Below are positions 8,874-18,473 of a stretch of 64,000 nt of DNA, piece after piece (within the stretch, counting starts at the first letter, position 1; the number at the start of each line of letters is the position of its first letter). The translations under genes were made by a program, and so were the position numbers. A model generated the notes under the pieces. It ran no database searches and was not told the origin of the DNA. It worked only from the letters and a program-made list of their open reading frames with translations. The DNA comes from an uncultured virus (IMG/VR IMGVR_UViG_3300042145_000066). Taxonomy: Duplodnaviria > Heunggongvirae > Uroviricota > Caudoviricetes. Location: IMG/VR virus record IMGVR_UViG_3300042145_000066; one strand, given 5' to 3'.

Positions 8874-9961
8874 TGGCCCGCATCCGCTCCATCAAGCCCG
8901 AGCTGCGCACCTCCATCACGGTGTCAATGTGGCCGCGCGAGGTCCGCTACTGCTTCATCCTGCTCTGGGGCTACCTCGACGACTACGGCCGCGGCGTCGA
9001 CGACGAACTCCTCATCGCCTCCGACTGCTTTCCGCGCGACCGCGACGTCACTCCGGAGGTCGTTGACGGCTGGCTGGAGACCATCGCCGAGTCCGGCCCG
9101 CTGTGCCGCTACGAGGTCGACGGGCGCCGCTACCTGCACGCCCCGAACTGGCGTGAGCACCAGAAGCCGTCACACCCGACCAGGTCGAAGATCCCGCCGT
9201 GCCCCGACGACGAGCCGGACGACTTCAAGAAATGGCGCGAGATCAACCCGCAGCGCCTCCGGAATCGCTCGCGAAAGTCTCGCGAGGGATTCGCGAAGAT
9301 CCCCGAGGCTTCCCCAGGACCCTCCGGGAGCCCCTCCGGAGGGCCTTCCGGAGCCAGTTCTGACGAGCATGGGCATGACGAGACCGGTTCAGGCAAAGCA
9401 GACGCCTACCAGAGTGACCAGAGCGACGAAACCGCAGATCACGCCTGGTACGACGACGCTCCCGAAACTCTCCCGAATTCCTCCGGAGACGCTCCAGAGC
9501 ATTTCGCCCCTGAGCAAGGGAGCAAGGGAGCAAGGGAGCAAGGGAGCAAGGGAGAGGGGGGTGTGGGGGGAAACAGCCGTCGAGAGATCGAGCGGCAGTC
9601 GACTCCGTCCGCCTCCCGGCCTGACGGCCGACCCCCTCTCACCCAACTTCCCGGCGACTTCACTCTCACCGACGCCATGCGCAGCTGGGCCCGCAACACC
9701 TACCCCCACGTCGACGTCGACCACGAGACCCGCAAGTTCATCTCGCACCACCGCGGCGAACAGACCCGCAAGCGCAACTGGTACGAGGCGTGGAAGCGGT
9801 GGATCTCCGACGCCAACCAGTACCGGCTCAAGCACGGCCCCAAGACGAATGTCGTCGACATCGCCTCCGGGCAGCCGCTGCCCGGACCCGACACGAACCT
9901 CGCCGGATGGGGCGCCGTTGCTGCGTCTCTCGCCGCCTACGACTCCGAGGACTCCGCATGA
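8873..9961 (+). CDS. Phage replication initiator (lambda O-like organisation)
   Basis: MARIRSIKPE N-terminus, repeat-rich linker, C-terminal F..H...NW..AWKRW domain. Confidence 0.8.
   Translation: MARIRSIKPELRTSITVSMWPREVRYCFILLWGYLDDYGRGVDDELLIASDCFPRDRDVTPEVVDGWLETIAESGPLCRYEVDGRRYLHAPNWREHQKPSHPTRSKIPPCPDDEPDDFKKWREINPQRLRNRSRKSREGFAKIPEASPGPSGSPSGGPSGASSDEHGHDETGSGKADAYQSDQSDETADHAWYDDAPETLPNSSGDAPEHFAPEQGSKGAREQGSKGEGGVGGNSRREIERQSTPSASRPDGRPPLTQLPGDFTLTDAMRSWARNTYPHVDVDHETRKFISHHRGEQTRKRNWYEAWKRWISDANQYRLKHGPKTNVVDIASGQPLPGPDTNLAGWGAVAASLAAYDSEDSA
9512..9551 (+). repeat. (GAGCAAGG)x5 tandem repeat, probable origin iterons
   Basis: Five exact 8-mers inside the initiator gene, followed by G tracts. 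Confidence 0.85.
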
Positions 9962-10725
9962 ATCCGCGAGAAGCAGCTGAGCTGCTTGGCCACTGCGCCA
10001 TGTTCGACAACCGAAAGCCGTCCCAGGGCGCGGCTATGGCTTGGGCCGCCGCGTTGCAGGACGTTCCGCTCGACCAGGACGCCAAGGCCGCTGTTGCCGC
10101 CTACTACTCGACGCCGCCGAAGGATCCGGACGCGAAGCTGTGGATCCTGCCGCACCACGTCCGCACCCTCCGCTCGAAGATCCGCTCGGCCCGGCTGGAG
10201 AACTTCCAGTACGAGCCGATCGCCGACGAGACGCCTGCCGAGTTCCTGGCCCGCTACAAGGGTCAGGTGCAGGCGATCGCCTCTGGTCGTGTTGCTGCTC
10301 CGTCGGGCGAGTTGGCGCCGCGGAAGGGTGAGCCGCCCCGGGAGCTCATGGCTGGCTTGGCGGACCGCGGCTGGCAGGGCAACCGCATCGTCTCGGACTC
10401 CGAGGACGAGGACCCGGCCGCGGAGCTCGCCGACACGGTCCGCCGTTCCGGCCCGCTGGGTGTCGTGTGCCCGGTGGAGAAGTGCCGGGCGGCGATAGGC
10501 AAGCCCTGCAAGGCCCCGGGCGGCTCCGAGAAGCAGCCGCTGGGGAAGCCGCGCCTGAAGCCGCACAGCGCCCGTGTACGGGCCGCGAGCGGCGCCTCGG
10601 AGGCATCTGCGGACGAGCGGGCCGCGGCAGAGCAGCGGGTCCGGCAGATGTCCGCCCAGCACCTCGCCCGCGAAGCCGCCGACATCCCGGACGCCGTGAT
10701 CGTCGACGAGGAGGCCGCGTCGTGA
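9958..10725 (+). CDS. Putative helicase loader/replication accessory protein with Zn-finger
   Basis: MNPREAAELL..AMFDNR..AWAAAL; CP...C.A.IGKPC....H.AR; follows initiator. Confidence 0.65.
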   Translation: MNPREAAELLGHCAMFDNRKPSQGAAMAWAAALQDVPLDQDAKAAVAAYYSTPPKDPDAKLWILPHHVRTLRSKIRSARLENFQYEPIADETPAEFLARYKGQVQAIASGRVAAPSGELAPRKGEPPRELMAGLADRGWQGNRIVSDSEDEDPAAELADTVRRSGPLGVVCPVEKCRAAIGKPCKAPGGSEKQPLGKPRLKPHSARVRAASGASEASADERAAAEQRVRQMSAQHLAREAADIPDAVIVDEEAAS

Positions 10726-11030
10726 CCGCCGCGGATTGGGAGCCGGAGCTCGAAGACATCAAGGCGATGCGGGCCGAGAACGGCGGCGACTTGCGGGCGT
10801 TCATGCGGCAACAGATCGCCGCCGGCCGGTCGCGTCGGGAGTCGAAGCCGAAGCCCGCGGTGGCGAAGCCGCCCGGTCACCGGCCGGGCGCCTGGCCGAC
10901 TGGCACGTCCCCGCCGGGCCCGCCGCCGGACTGGCAGATCCCGAAGCCCGTCTGGGATGCGGCGGTCCGGCACCACCGCAACACCGAGCACAACCCCGAC
11001 CAGCCCTGCGACTGCGGCAACTGCCCGTAG
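10722..11030 (+). CDS. Hypothetical phage protein
   Basis: GAGGAGG RBS, coupled. Confidence 0.65.
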   Translation: MTAADWEPELEDIKAMRAENGGDLRAFMRQQIAAGRSRRESKPKPAVAKPPGHRPGAWPTGTSPPGPPPDWQIPKPVWDAAVRHHRNTEHNPDQPCDCGNCP

Positions 11031-11050
11031 CCCGACACCGAGGAGAACCA

Positions 11051-11362
11051 ATGAGCTCAGGCCTGACCGTCATGGTCGCCAACCAGCCCGTCCCGCTCGA
11101 CGAATGCGGGTGGCTCCAGCGCCGCCCCTGTGGCTGCATCGTCTCGGCCGTCGTTGCGGTCGTCGGCAGCCGCGTCATCGCCACCGCGCAGCAGGCGCAC
11201 GAGCACCTCAACCGCACGAAGCGGGAACGGACTGCCGCCGAGCGCGACGGCATCACCGTCGCCACCACCGAACTGATCACGATGGCGCACTACCACGAGC
11301 ACATCGGCGCCAACTGGGAGTGCGAGCAGCACGCTGCGGCCAAGACGGAGGTGGCCCGATGA
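11051..11362 (+). CDS. Hypothetical phage protein
   Basis: AGGAG RBS. Confidence 0.65.
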   Translation: MSSGLTVMVANQPVPLDECGWLQRRPCGCIVSAVVAVVGSRVIATAQQAHEHLNRTKRERTAAERDGITVATTELITMAHYHEHIGANWECEQHAAAKTEVAR

Positions 11363-11664
11363 CCCTTCACGCCGGCGCCCCGATGCCCGACTCGCTGCGC
11401 CACTTCATGCGCGCCAAGGCCCACCCCGCCCGCTCCGTGCCCTGCGACCACTGCGGGGTTGCCGCCCACAAGCCGTGCCGGCTGCGTTCCTCCGGTCGGC
11501 TGCTGACCGAGCCGCACCCTCAGCGGATCTCCGCTTGGGCGCAGCTGACGGCTTGCTGCCCGCAGTGCCAGGTCACGCCCGAGGTGCCGTGCCACGAGGA
11601 CGGGCGTGCCCGCACCACGGTCCATGACCGCCGCTACCAGGAAGCCGAGGCCACCGCCGCATGA
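11359..11664 (+). CDS. Double zinc-finger protein
   Basis: Two CxxC..PC..H repeats. Confidence 0.75.
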   Translation: MTLHAGAPMPDSLRHFMRAKAHPARSVPCDHCGVAAHKPCRLRSSGRLLTEPHPQRISAWAQLTACCPQCQVTPEVPCHEDGRARTTVHDRRYQEAEATAA

Positions 11665-12056
11665 CCGCCACCGAGCAGTTCGCCGAGTTCGTCCGCCACC
11701 ACGCCATCAAGGCGGGCTACGACCTCTCCGGCCCCCGCAGTGGCGGCCGTAAGGCTCTCGCCGAAGACACTGGCATCTGCCACGCCAGCATCTGCCGGAT
11801 GCTCAACGGCCAGACGATCCCGGTCGCCGAGAGCCTTGAGAGCTTGGCTGAGGCCGTTGACATTTCCGTCAGCCACCTGCTCGAACTCGCAGGAGTCGTC
11901 AGCCCTGGAGCCCTGACTGACGGCCCGCTACCGGAGATCAAGCCGCTCACGGCAAAGGAGGCAGCTGCGCGGCTCGGTATTCGCCAGCCGCTGCGCGTAG
12001 CGCTGCTGGAGGCCGTCGTCGCGACTCTCCTGACCGACCAGGAGGCCACGCCGTGA
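11661..12056 (+). CDS. XRE-family HTH regulator
   Basis: RKALAEDTGICHASICRMLNGQTIP..ESLESLAEA. Confidence 0.8.
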   Translation: MTATEQFAEFVRHHAIKAGYDLSGPRSGGRKALAEDTGICHASICRMLNGQTIPVAESLESLAEAVDISVSHLLELAGVVSPGALTDGPLPEIKPLTAKEAAARLGIRQPLRVALLEAVVATLLTDQEATP

Positions 12057-12322
12057 AAATCCGCGCCGACATTGCGGCCCTGATCCGCGAGGGCCACACC
12101 AACGCCTCCATCGCCCGACGGCTGCACTGCTGCCGAACCACGGTCGCCGAAGCACGCCGGGCCCTGCGGCTGCCGCCCGCGGATCTCCTCGGCCGGCTGT
12201 ACGCCGAAGCCGTCCCCACCGGCCGCGTCAAGGACTACCGGCCCGACCGTATGCCCACGAGCCCCGCCCAGCAGCAGGCGAACCGGGAGCGGTTGATGGC
12301 CGCACTCCGAGAAGCCGCCTGA
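12053..12322 (+). CDS. HTH protein
   Basis: GHTNASIARRLHCCRTTVAEAR. Confidence 0.7.
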   Translation: MKIRADIAALIREGHTNASIARRLHCCRTTVAEARRALRLPPADLLGRLYAEAVPTGRVKDYRPDRMPTSPAQQQANRERLMAALREAA

Positions 12323-12501
12323 TGCCCCGCCGGTGGCTCCCGCATCCGCCCCGCACCATCCGCCCCCGCACCTGCCCCACCCAACCCCGGTTCGCTTCTG
12401 TCGCCCTCGCCCAGGCCGCCCTGCCCGCCTCCGTCGCCGACACCCGACTCACCGCCACCCCATGCGACCAATGCGGGGGCGCACACCACACCGCACGTTG
12501 A
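12322..12501 (+). CDS. Small hypothetical protein
   Basis: TGATG coupling; CDQCGGAH motif. Confidence 0.4.
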   Translation: MPRRWLPHPPRTIRPRTCPTQPRFASVALAQAALPASVADTRLTATPCDQCGGAHHTAR

Positions 12502-12531
12502 CCGCCCACCAGCCCGCCACAGGAGACCCGA

Positions 12532-13428
12532 ATGACCACCGTTGACCCGCCCACCGAACTCCGCTCGATCAGTTACGGCGGAGGCGTCCAGTCCACCGCC
12601 CTCCTGGTGCTCGCCGCCCAAGGCTGCATCGACTTCCCGCTGTTCGTGTTCTCCAACGTCGGCGACGACAGCGAGCGCGCTGCCACCCTGCGGTACGTCG
12701 AGGAGTACGCCAAGCCCTACGCGGCCGAGCACGGCATCGAACTGGCGGAAGTCCAGCGCGTCCGCCGCGACGGCACGGTCGAGACGCTTCACGGCCGTCT
12801 GACGCGGCCCGGCTCCCGCTCACTGCCGATCCCGGTGCGCATGTCCAACGGGGCGCCCGGAACCCGCTCCTGCACCGCCGACTTCAAGATCAAAGTCGTT
12901 GGGAAGGAACTGAAGCGGAGGGGGGCTACCGCCGGACGCCTGTGCACTGCACATCGCGCCGACCCGGCCAGCGTCAAGTGCAAGGGCCGCAGGTGCGTCG
13001 AGCCCCGGATCGCCACGATCGGCATCGGTATCTCGGTCGACGAGATCACCCGGGCGAACAACCGGATCACCGAACCGCACGAGCGGATCGTGTACCCGCT
13101 CCTCGACCTCGGGCTGCGCCGCATCGACTGCATGCGCATCATCCGCGAAGCCGGACTCCCCGTCCCGCCCAAGAGCAGCTGTTACTTCTGCCCGTTCCAC
13201 CGGCCGGAGACCTGGCACGACATGCGCCGCGAGGAGCCCGAGGAGTTCGAGAAGGCGTGCCAGCTCGAAGAACTCCTCAACGCCCGCCGCGACGAGCTCG
13301 GCAAGGACCACGTCTACCTCACCCGGTTCAACAAGCCGCTGAGGCAGGCGATCCCAGACGGCGTCGACCTGCTCCCGATCTTCGATGAGGCGGACGGGCT
13401 GTGCGACTCCGGCTGGTGCATGACCTGA
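12532..13428 (+). CDS. PAPS reductase-like (PP-loop) protein
   Basis: SYGGGVQS PP-loop, RSCTADFKI, YPLLD, PPKSSCYFCPFH, C-terminal CDSGWC. Confidence 0.85.
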   Translation: MTTVDPPTELRSISYGGGVQSTALLVLAAQGCIDFPLFVFSNVGDDSERAATLRYVEEYAKPYAAEHGIELAEVQRVRRDGTVETLHGRLTRPGSRSLPIPVRMSNGAPGTRSCTADFKIKVVGKELKRRGATAGRLCTAHRADPASVKCKGRRCVEPRIATIGIGISVDEITRANNRITEPHERIVYPLLDLGLRRIDCMRIIREAGLPVPPKSSCYFCPFHRPETWHDMRREEPEEFEKACQLEELLNARRDELGKDHVYLTRFNKPLRQAIPDGVDLLPIFDEADGLCDSGWCMT

Positions 13429-13500
13429 CCGCACCGCCGCCTGACCCCCGCGCCCACCCACACCCGGCCCACTAGACAAGCCGTCAACAAGGAGCCCCAC

Positions 13501-13935
13501 ATGACCACGCTGCACGACGAACTGAACCGGATCGGCTACGACATGCTCACCCGTCGCGTCCGCGCCGCCGAAGACTTCACACGCAACGCCCTGGCGATGA
13601 CCCCGTACACGGGCGAGACCGCCGCCGAGTTCGCCTCCCGGCTCAGGTTCTTCGCCGAGCGCAACCACCCCGAGTTGATCGTCCGACTGGAAGACCACCA
13701 GCGGCAGGAGATCGTGCCCCGCGCCGAGGACTGCGGTTGCGCCCCGGACAGCGCCGGCTACGCGGACGATCACTGTGAGTCGGGCGACGACCTCGAAGAC
13801 CTGTGCGCCCGCCAGCACCTCGGCTTCGTCTGCGCCAGCTGCGTGAACGAAGACGGCAACGGTCCGTCGTGGCGGCCCGACCGCTTCGAGTGGCCCTGCC
13901 CGACGGTGCGCGCCCTCGATGAGCCCACCGCCTGA
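13501..13935 (+). CDS. Hypothetical Cys-containing phage protein
   Basis: AAGGAG RBS; CASC...WPCPTVRAL. Confidence 0.7.
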   Translation: MTTLHDELNRIGYDMLTRRVRAAEDFTRNALAMTPYTGETAAEFASRLRFFAERNHPELIVRLEDHQRQEIVPRAEDCGCAPDSAGYADDHCESGDDLEDLCARQHLGFVCASCVNEDGNGPSWRPDRFEWPCPTVRALDEPTA

Positions 13936-14002
13936 GTACTCGCTCGGTTCCACCCAGCCCCGCGCACAAAACGATCCCTACCCCGTACCTGAGAGGACCC
14001 GC

Positions 14003-14443
14003 ATGGCCAGCCAGCCCACCGGCCAGCAGCTCGACGAGATCACCCGCACTGTCGCCGAAGCCTTCGACCAATTCGAGCAGCCCGAGCAGCGGCAGGCCCG
14101 CTGGGAGAACGCTGCATGGCTGGCCGGGCGCACCGTGGACCGCAACGCCCTGGCCGTCTACATGGCCGTCGCCGACGCCGAGCAGCAGGTCGTCGCCGAC
14201 AGCTGGGCCGCCTCGGTCGCCGCGTCGGACGCCGAGGTCCGCCGACTGCGCGCCGAACTCGACGCCGAGAAGAGCACCCACGCCTTCACACTCCGGCAGC
14301 GCAACAACCGCTCCAAGCGGCTGCTGCACCTGCGTGACCTCGCCAACGCGGGCGACACGGAGGCGCTGTACGCCGCCGCCAGGGACACGCTCGCCGCTTC
14401 GACCCACGACCACGAGCACACCGCGTCCCGTCCGTCTGTCTGA
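14003..14443 (+). CDS. Hypothetical phage protein
   Basis: GAGGA RBS, codon bias. Confidence 0.65.
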   Translation: MASQPTGQQLDEITRTVAEAFDQFEQPEQRQARWENAAWLAGRTVDRNALAVYMAVADAEQQVVADSWAASVAASDAEVRRLRAELDAEKSTHAFTLRQRNNRSKRLLHLRDLANAGDTEALYAAARDTLAASTHDHEHTASRPSV

Positions 14444-14478
14444 TCCGCCTGCCCACCCCACCACCCGAAGAGGACACC

Positions 14479-14706
14479 GTGCCGTACCCGCCCGCCGATG
14501 ACCGGCTCCGCCACCTGCTCGCGCAGGAGATCAACTGTCACGTCGACACGTGGAAGCTCGCGTTCTTCATCGCTGGCTCCATCGTCGACGACCCCGACAT
14601 CCGCACCGAGTTGGAGCGGATCGCCGCCGCCCACGCTGCGGGCCAGCCGTGCGGTGACCGGAACTGCCGCGCCTGCTTCGACGCCGCCGCCGCTCCTGCC
14701 CCGTGA
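14479..14706 (+). CDS. Hypothetical phage protein
   Basis: GAGGA RBS. Confidence 0.6.
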   Translation: MPYPPADDRLRHLLAQEINCHVDTWKLAFFIAGSIVDDPDIRTELERIAAAHAAGQPCGDRNCRACFDAAAAPAP

Positions 14707-14810
14707 TCGCAGACGGCCCGCCCGGGGGCTATCCGGGCGGGCCTGATCGCCAACCTACCCACCCCCGGCTGCCTGTTCGCGGGCAGCCGGTCCATCCGAA
14801 GGGCACGACC

Positions 14811-15674
14811 GTGACCGACCCCCTGACCGGCCCGCAGAAGGCCTACAACGCCGCCCAGTACGAGATGTTCCAGCTCGCCGCCTACGGCCACTGCACCTAC
14901 ACCAACGGCGAGATGCTCACCCGCGAAGGCCAGCGCCAGCAGCGCGACTACAACGACCGCATCACCGCGGCCCGGGAGCAGCTGGAGGCGGCAGTGCTGC
15001 GCCTCGTCGCAGAGAAAGCCGAGACGTTCCGTGGCGACTGGGGCGTGGTCGCTGCCTGGCTGCGCTCACTCGCAGACGACCCGGCGGCGGTCTCGCTGCT
15101 GGCGTGCGAGCCGGACGAAGACGACGACGCCGCTCCTGCTGTTCCTGCCGGGCAGGCGCCCGCCACCGACCGGGCCACGCTGCGGGACCGCATCCGCCGC
15201 GCCGTCTGCGAGGCCGAGGGCTTCGCCTGGGACAGCGACATGCTGGAGCCCGACGAGTACGGCGACCACGCCGACATGGTCCTCAGCGCGCTGATTGGGT
15301 CGGACACCGACTTGCGGCAGGCGATCGACCATCGGGACTACTGGCACGGCGAGGCGATGGCCGCGACGGCGCGGATCATCGAACTGGAACGGAAGCTCGC
15401 CGCCGCCCCCGCCGCCGTGTCTGCCGTGCCGGGGCAGACGGACAGCGAGGCCGTCCAGCACGCACCCGGAGCCGCGGTCCTGTGCCCCGACTGCCGCGCC
15501 AAGGGCCGCTCGGTCTGCATGGCCGACGACGCCCGCGAGGTCGTGCACGGCTGCCCGCCCGACGGCTCCGGCCTCACCCCCTGCTGCGGACGCACCCCGT
15601 TCGAACTCCCGCGCACCGACCGCATCAGCAGCGAGGCACCCGTCACCTGCCCCGGACCCGGAGCCGCGTCGTGA
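14811..15674 (+). CDS. Mosaic hypothetical phage protein
   Basis: GAAGGG RBS, codon bias, short Cys-rich modules. Confidence 0.65.
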   Translation: MTDPLTGPQKAYNAAQYEMFQLAAYGHCTYTNGEMLTREGQRQQRDYNDRITAAREQLEAAVLRLVAEKAETFRGDWGVVAAWLRSLADDPAAVSLLACEPDEDDDAAPAVPAGQAPATDRATLRDRIRRAVCEAEGFAWDSDMLEPDEYGDHADMVLSALIGSDTDLRQAIDHRDYWHGEAMAATARIIELERKLAAAPAAVSAVPGQTDSEAVQHAPGAAVLCPDCRAKGRSVCMADDAREVVHGCPPDGSGLTPCCGRTPFELPRTDRISSEAPVTCPGPGAAS

Positions 15675-15916
15675 CTACCGAGCTCGTCGCGTTCGTTGTC
15701 CTCGTTGTCGCGGTGGCCGCCCCGCTGTGCGGTCACCAAACCCAGCCGTGGCCCCTACGAGGGGCGTGCGCGTGGCTGTACGGGCGCCTGAGGGCCGTTG
15801 GGGTGCCAAATGGGGATCGGGAGCTTTACGCAACCCCCAGAGCCTTACAGAGGCCTTCACGCCCCGCACCGTCCTGGGCGCACACCAACCACCACCGAAC
15901 GGACCAAACCGCATGA
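15671..15916 (+). CDS. Small membrane protein
   Basis: Coupled both ends; N-terminal TM. Confidence 0.5.
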   Translation: MTTELVAFVVLVVAVAAPLCGHQTQPWPLRGACAWLYGRLRAVGVPNGDRELYATPRALQRPSRPAPSWAHTNHHRTDQTA

Positions 15917-16104
15917 CCGACAACTCCGGCCTCGTCCAAGTCGGCTGGTACTGCTGGCGCTGCGAAGGCCTCGTCGAACGCCCCTGCCGCAGCGACAACG
16001 TCCCCGTCTCCGTACCCGCCGACTGGGCCCGCGACATGGAGACAGAGATCCGCCGACTCAGCGAAGAACCCGACAACGTCGACCTCCGAGAGGACCAGCC
16101 GTGA
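15913..16104 (+). CDS. Small Cys-containing protein
   Basis: Coupled; WYCWRC motif. Confidence 0.55.
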   Translation: MTDNSGLVQVGWYCWRCEGLVERPCRSDNVPVSVPADWARDMETEIRRLSEEPDNVDLREDQP

Positions 16105-16496
16105 GTATGTCCGTGACCGAACTCGCCGCGCTTCCCACAGCACCCACCGTCTCCCGCGCCCTCCGCGAGGCCGCCAGCTACGCCGACCAGGGGCTGCATC
16201 AGGCGCTGCGCCGCGCCATGTTCGGGACCACCACCTTCGAAGACTTCGTCGCCACCGTCACCCCGGAGCACGCCATCGCCGAAGGCGTCGCGCTGATCCT
16301 CATCGGCGGCATGGTCGACCCCGAAGTCACCGACCACGGCTGGCCCGACGCCACCTGGGCTGCTGAGCGCTTCGCCCAGCAAGTCGGCCACGCACACCAA
16401 GCACTGACGGGGTGGGCGGCGACCCACACCGCCGAGCAGTTGGCGCACCTCCTCGAAGCCGCCGCCGACCGAGCCAAGGCCATGGAGGTGGCATGA
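16101..16496 (+). CDS. Hypothetical phage protein
   Basis: GAGGA RBS, coupled. Confidence 0.65.
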   Translation: MSMSVTELAALPTAPTVSRALREAASYADQGLHQALRRAMFGTTTFEDFVATVTPEHAIAEGVALILIGGMVDPEVTDHGWPDATWAAERFAQQVGHAHQALTGWAATHTAEQLAHLLEAAADRAKAMEVA

Positions 16497-16627
16497 GAGC
16501 CGCGCTCGCCGCCGCCCGCCTCGCCCCCACCCCCTGGCGGCCCTGGCGCTGCCGCTCCTGCGGCAACCGCCACGACCACCTCCTCTCCATCTGCCCCTAC
16601 ACCGACACCCCACGAGACCAGCGATGA
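16493..16627 (+). CDS. Small Zn-ribbon-like protein
   Basis: GGAGG RBS; CRSCG..CP. Confidence 0.5.
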   Translation: MRAALAAARLAPTPWRPWRCRSCGNRHDHLLSICPYTDTPRDQR

Positions 16628-16731
16628 CCGCCATCGCGATAACCGCGATCGTCGCCCTGACCGTCTTCCTCGCCCTGTTCCTGTGGCTCCTGTACGGGCT
16701 CGCCCGCCTCACCCTCAAGGACCGCCCATGA
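16624..16731 (+). CDS. 35-aa single-TM peptide
   Basis: ATGA coupling both ends; MTAIAITAIVALTVFLALFLWLLYG. Confidence 0.5.
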   Translation: MTAIAITAIVALTVFLALFLWLLYGLARLTLKDRP

Positions 16732-16997
16732 CCGACTGGACCCCGCCCCCGCCCGGCGACACCCGCGAGCAACTCCCCGACCACCTTCTCGCCGCGATCC
16801 GGAGTGTGCTCGGCAAGTACTTCTCCACCGCCTGCCACACCGCGACCGCCTGCCAGGCCGCCGCCTACCGGCACGCCGAACTCGCCGACGAACTCCGCGA
16901 CCAGGCCAAACGGCTGCACACCCGGTGCCGGACCAATCAGAAATTCACCGGGCAACTCTGCGTCTGCGGCTGCCACACCATCGAGGAGCGGCCGTGA
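16728..16997 (+). CDS. Hypothetical Cys/His protein
   Basis: AAGGA RBS; STACH...CR...CVCGCH. Confidence 0.65.
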   Translation: MTDWTPPPPGDTREQLPDHLLAAIRSVLGKYFSTACHTATACQAAAYRHAELADELRDQAKRLHTRCRTNQKFTGQLCVCGCHTIEERP

Positions 16998-17152
16998 CCG
17001 TCGACCAACTGGCCCCCGACTGCGAACCCGCCTGGGACCTGGACGACGCCACCTACGTGGACTACCGGGACCGCGATCTCCTCGGCCAGCACGCCACCGC
17101 CCACCAGATCGTCACCGCCACCACCGTCACCCACGACGGGAGCTACCTGTGA
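16994..17152 (+). CDS. Small hypothetical protein
   Basis: GAGGAG RBS, coupled. Confidence 0.5.
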   Translation: MTVDQLAPDCEPAWDLDDATYVDYRDRDLLGQHATAHQIVTATTVTHDGSYL

Positions 17153-17358
17153 CCGACCGCCCCGACCTCGTCCGCTTCGCCCGCCGTTTCACCATCCGGC
17201 ACCCCGACCGGGCCGACATCCACGGCGTCGCATTCCCGTCCGGGACCGTGCTGTACGACCAGCCCGGCGTAGGGCTCGAAGCCGCCACCAGCATCGGATA
17301 CGTCCGCGACTTCACGCCCGACGCCACCATCCACTGGGCCGACCAGGAGCAGCCGTGA
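17149..17358 (+). CDS. Small hypothetical protein
   Basis: GGGAG RBS, coupled. Confidence 0.55.
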   Translation: MTDRPDLVRFARRFTIRHPDRADIHGVAFPSGTVLYDQPGVGLEAATSIGYVRDFTPDATIHWADQEQP

Positions 17359-17519
17359 CCACCCCCGCGAAACGCCGGCCGCAAGCCCGCACACTCCTCG
17401 CCGACCGCTACCCCGAACAGGTGCCGGCCATCGTCATCGAACGCGCGTTGATGCGCATGACCGCCGCCGACGCCCGACGCGAACGGGTGGACGCCCGACG
17501 GAAGGGAGGGGCGACGTGA
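17355..17519 (+). CDS. Small hypothetical protein
   Basis: AGGAG RBS, coupled both ends. Confidence 0.5.
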   Translation: MTTPAKRRPQARTLLADRYPEQVPAIVIERALMRMTAADARRERVDARRKGGAT

Positions 17520-17815
17520 CCGGACGCCGGCCTAACGGGCACGCCCTGAAACCCAACCAGCGTGAACGCGCCCTCCGCGACGCCACCATCGACAACCTGC
17601 TGCAGCGCGCCCTTCGCGGCGTGTTGACCATCCCCGAGGCTGCCGTCCTCGCCGAGTACTGGCGGGAGGAACAGCGCATCGGGGAGAAGACCAGGCGCCG
17701 GCTCACCGACACCACCCGGGCATTGGAGCGCCACCGGGCCGCCGCGGATGCGGAGATACGGCGGCTGGAGCAGCAGGTCGCCGAACTCACCGACCAGCAG
17801 CAGGAGGCAGCATGA
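17516..17815 (+). CDS. Coiled-coil hypothetical protein
   Basis: GGAGG RBS, coupled. Confidence 0.6.
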   Translation: MTGRRPNGHALKPNQRERALRDATIDNLLQRALRGVLTIPEAAVLAEYWREEQRIGEKTRRRLTDTTRALERHRAAADAEIRRLEQQVAELTDQQQEAA

Positions 17816-18351
17816 ACACTCAGCCGACAGAACACTGCGGCAACATCTCACCCGGCCCTCTCGGATACCGCAGCGAATGCGTCCTCCGGCCTGGCCACTC
17901 AGGCAGCCACGCCGACGACCAGAGCGGCCGCTGGTGGGCCGCCCCCGCCCGGACAACCCCGGACAACCCCGCCGCCAGTAACGACGCGGCGGACAACCCG
18001 CTGCAGCAGCAGATCGCCGCCGCTCTGCAGCGATACGCGGCCGAACAAGGCACGCCCGACGCCGGAGTCTCCGTGCTCGAAGCGCTCGGCTACCACGTCA
18101 TGGGCGTCGGCTACTCGCTGGAACGCGCCGAAGCCGCCATCGCCCGTGTACAGGCCGCCGCCGACCAGCTGCACCGTGCCGTCCTCAACGCCGATGGTGT
18201 GCCACTGACCGCCTACGACCGCGGCGTCGACACCGCCATCCGCCGAATCCGCGCCGCCCTCGACGAACCGGCCGACGGTGGCGGGCCCAGCGTGCGGGAG
18301 GCGGCAGCCGATGACCGGCGCTGGTGGGGCGGCGAGAAGGCAGGCGAGTAG
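17812..18351 (+). CDS. Mosaic hypothetical phage protein
   Basis: AGGAGG RBS, coupled. Confidence 0.65.
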   Translation: MNTQPTEHCGNISPGPLGYRSECVLRPGHSGSHADDQSGRWWAAPARTTPDNPAASNDAADNPLQQQIAAALQRYAAEQGTPDAGVSVLEALGYHVMGVGYSLERAEAAIARVQAAADQLHRAVLNADGVPLTAYDRGVDTAIRRIRAALDEPADGGGPSVREAAADDRRWWGGEKAGE

Positions 18352-18473
18352 CACCTCGGTGTGCGCTCTCGACCACGGAGAAGCGGGACTAGCGCGCAAA
18401 CCCCCGCCCGCCACGTTAGGGCGCTACGCTCGGAACCACTGGTTATGGGATTCATGAAGTCTGGGGTCAGGGT

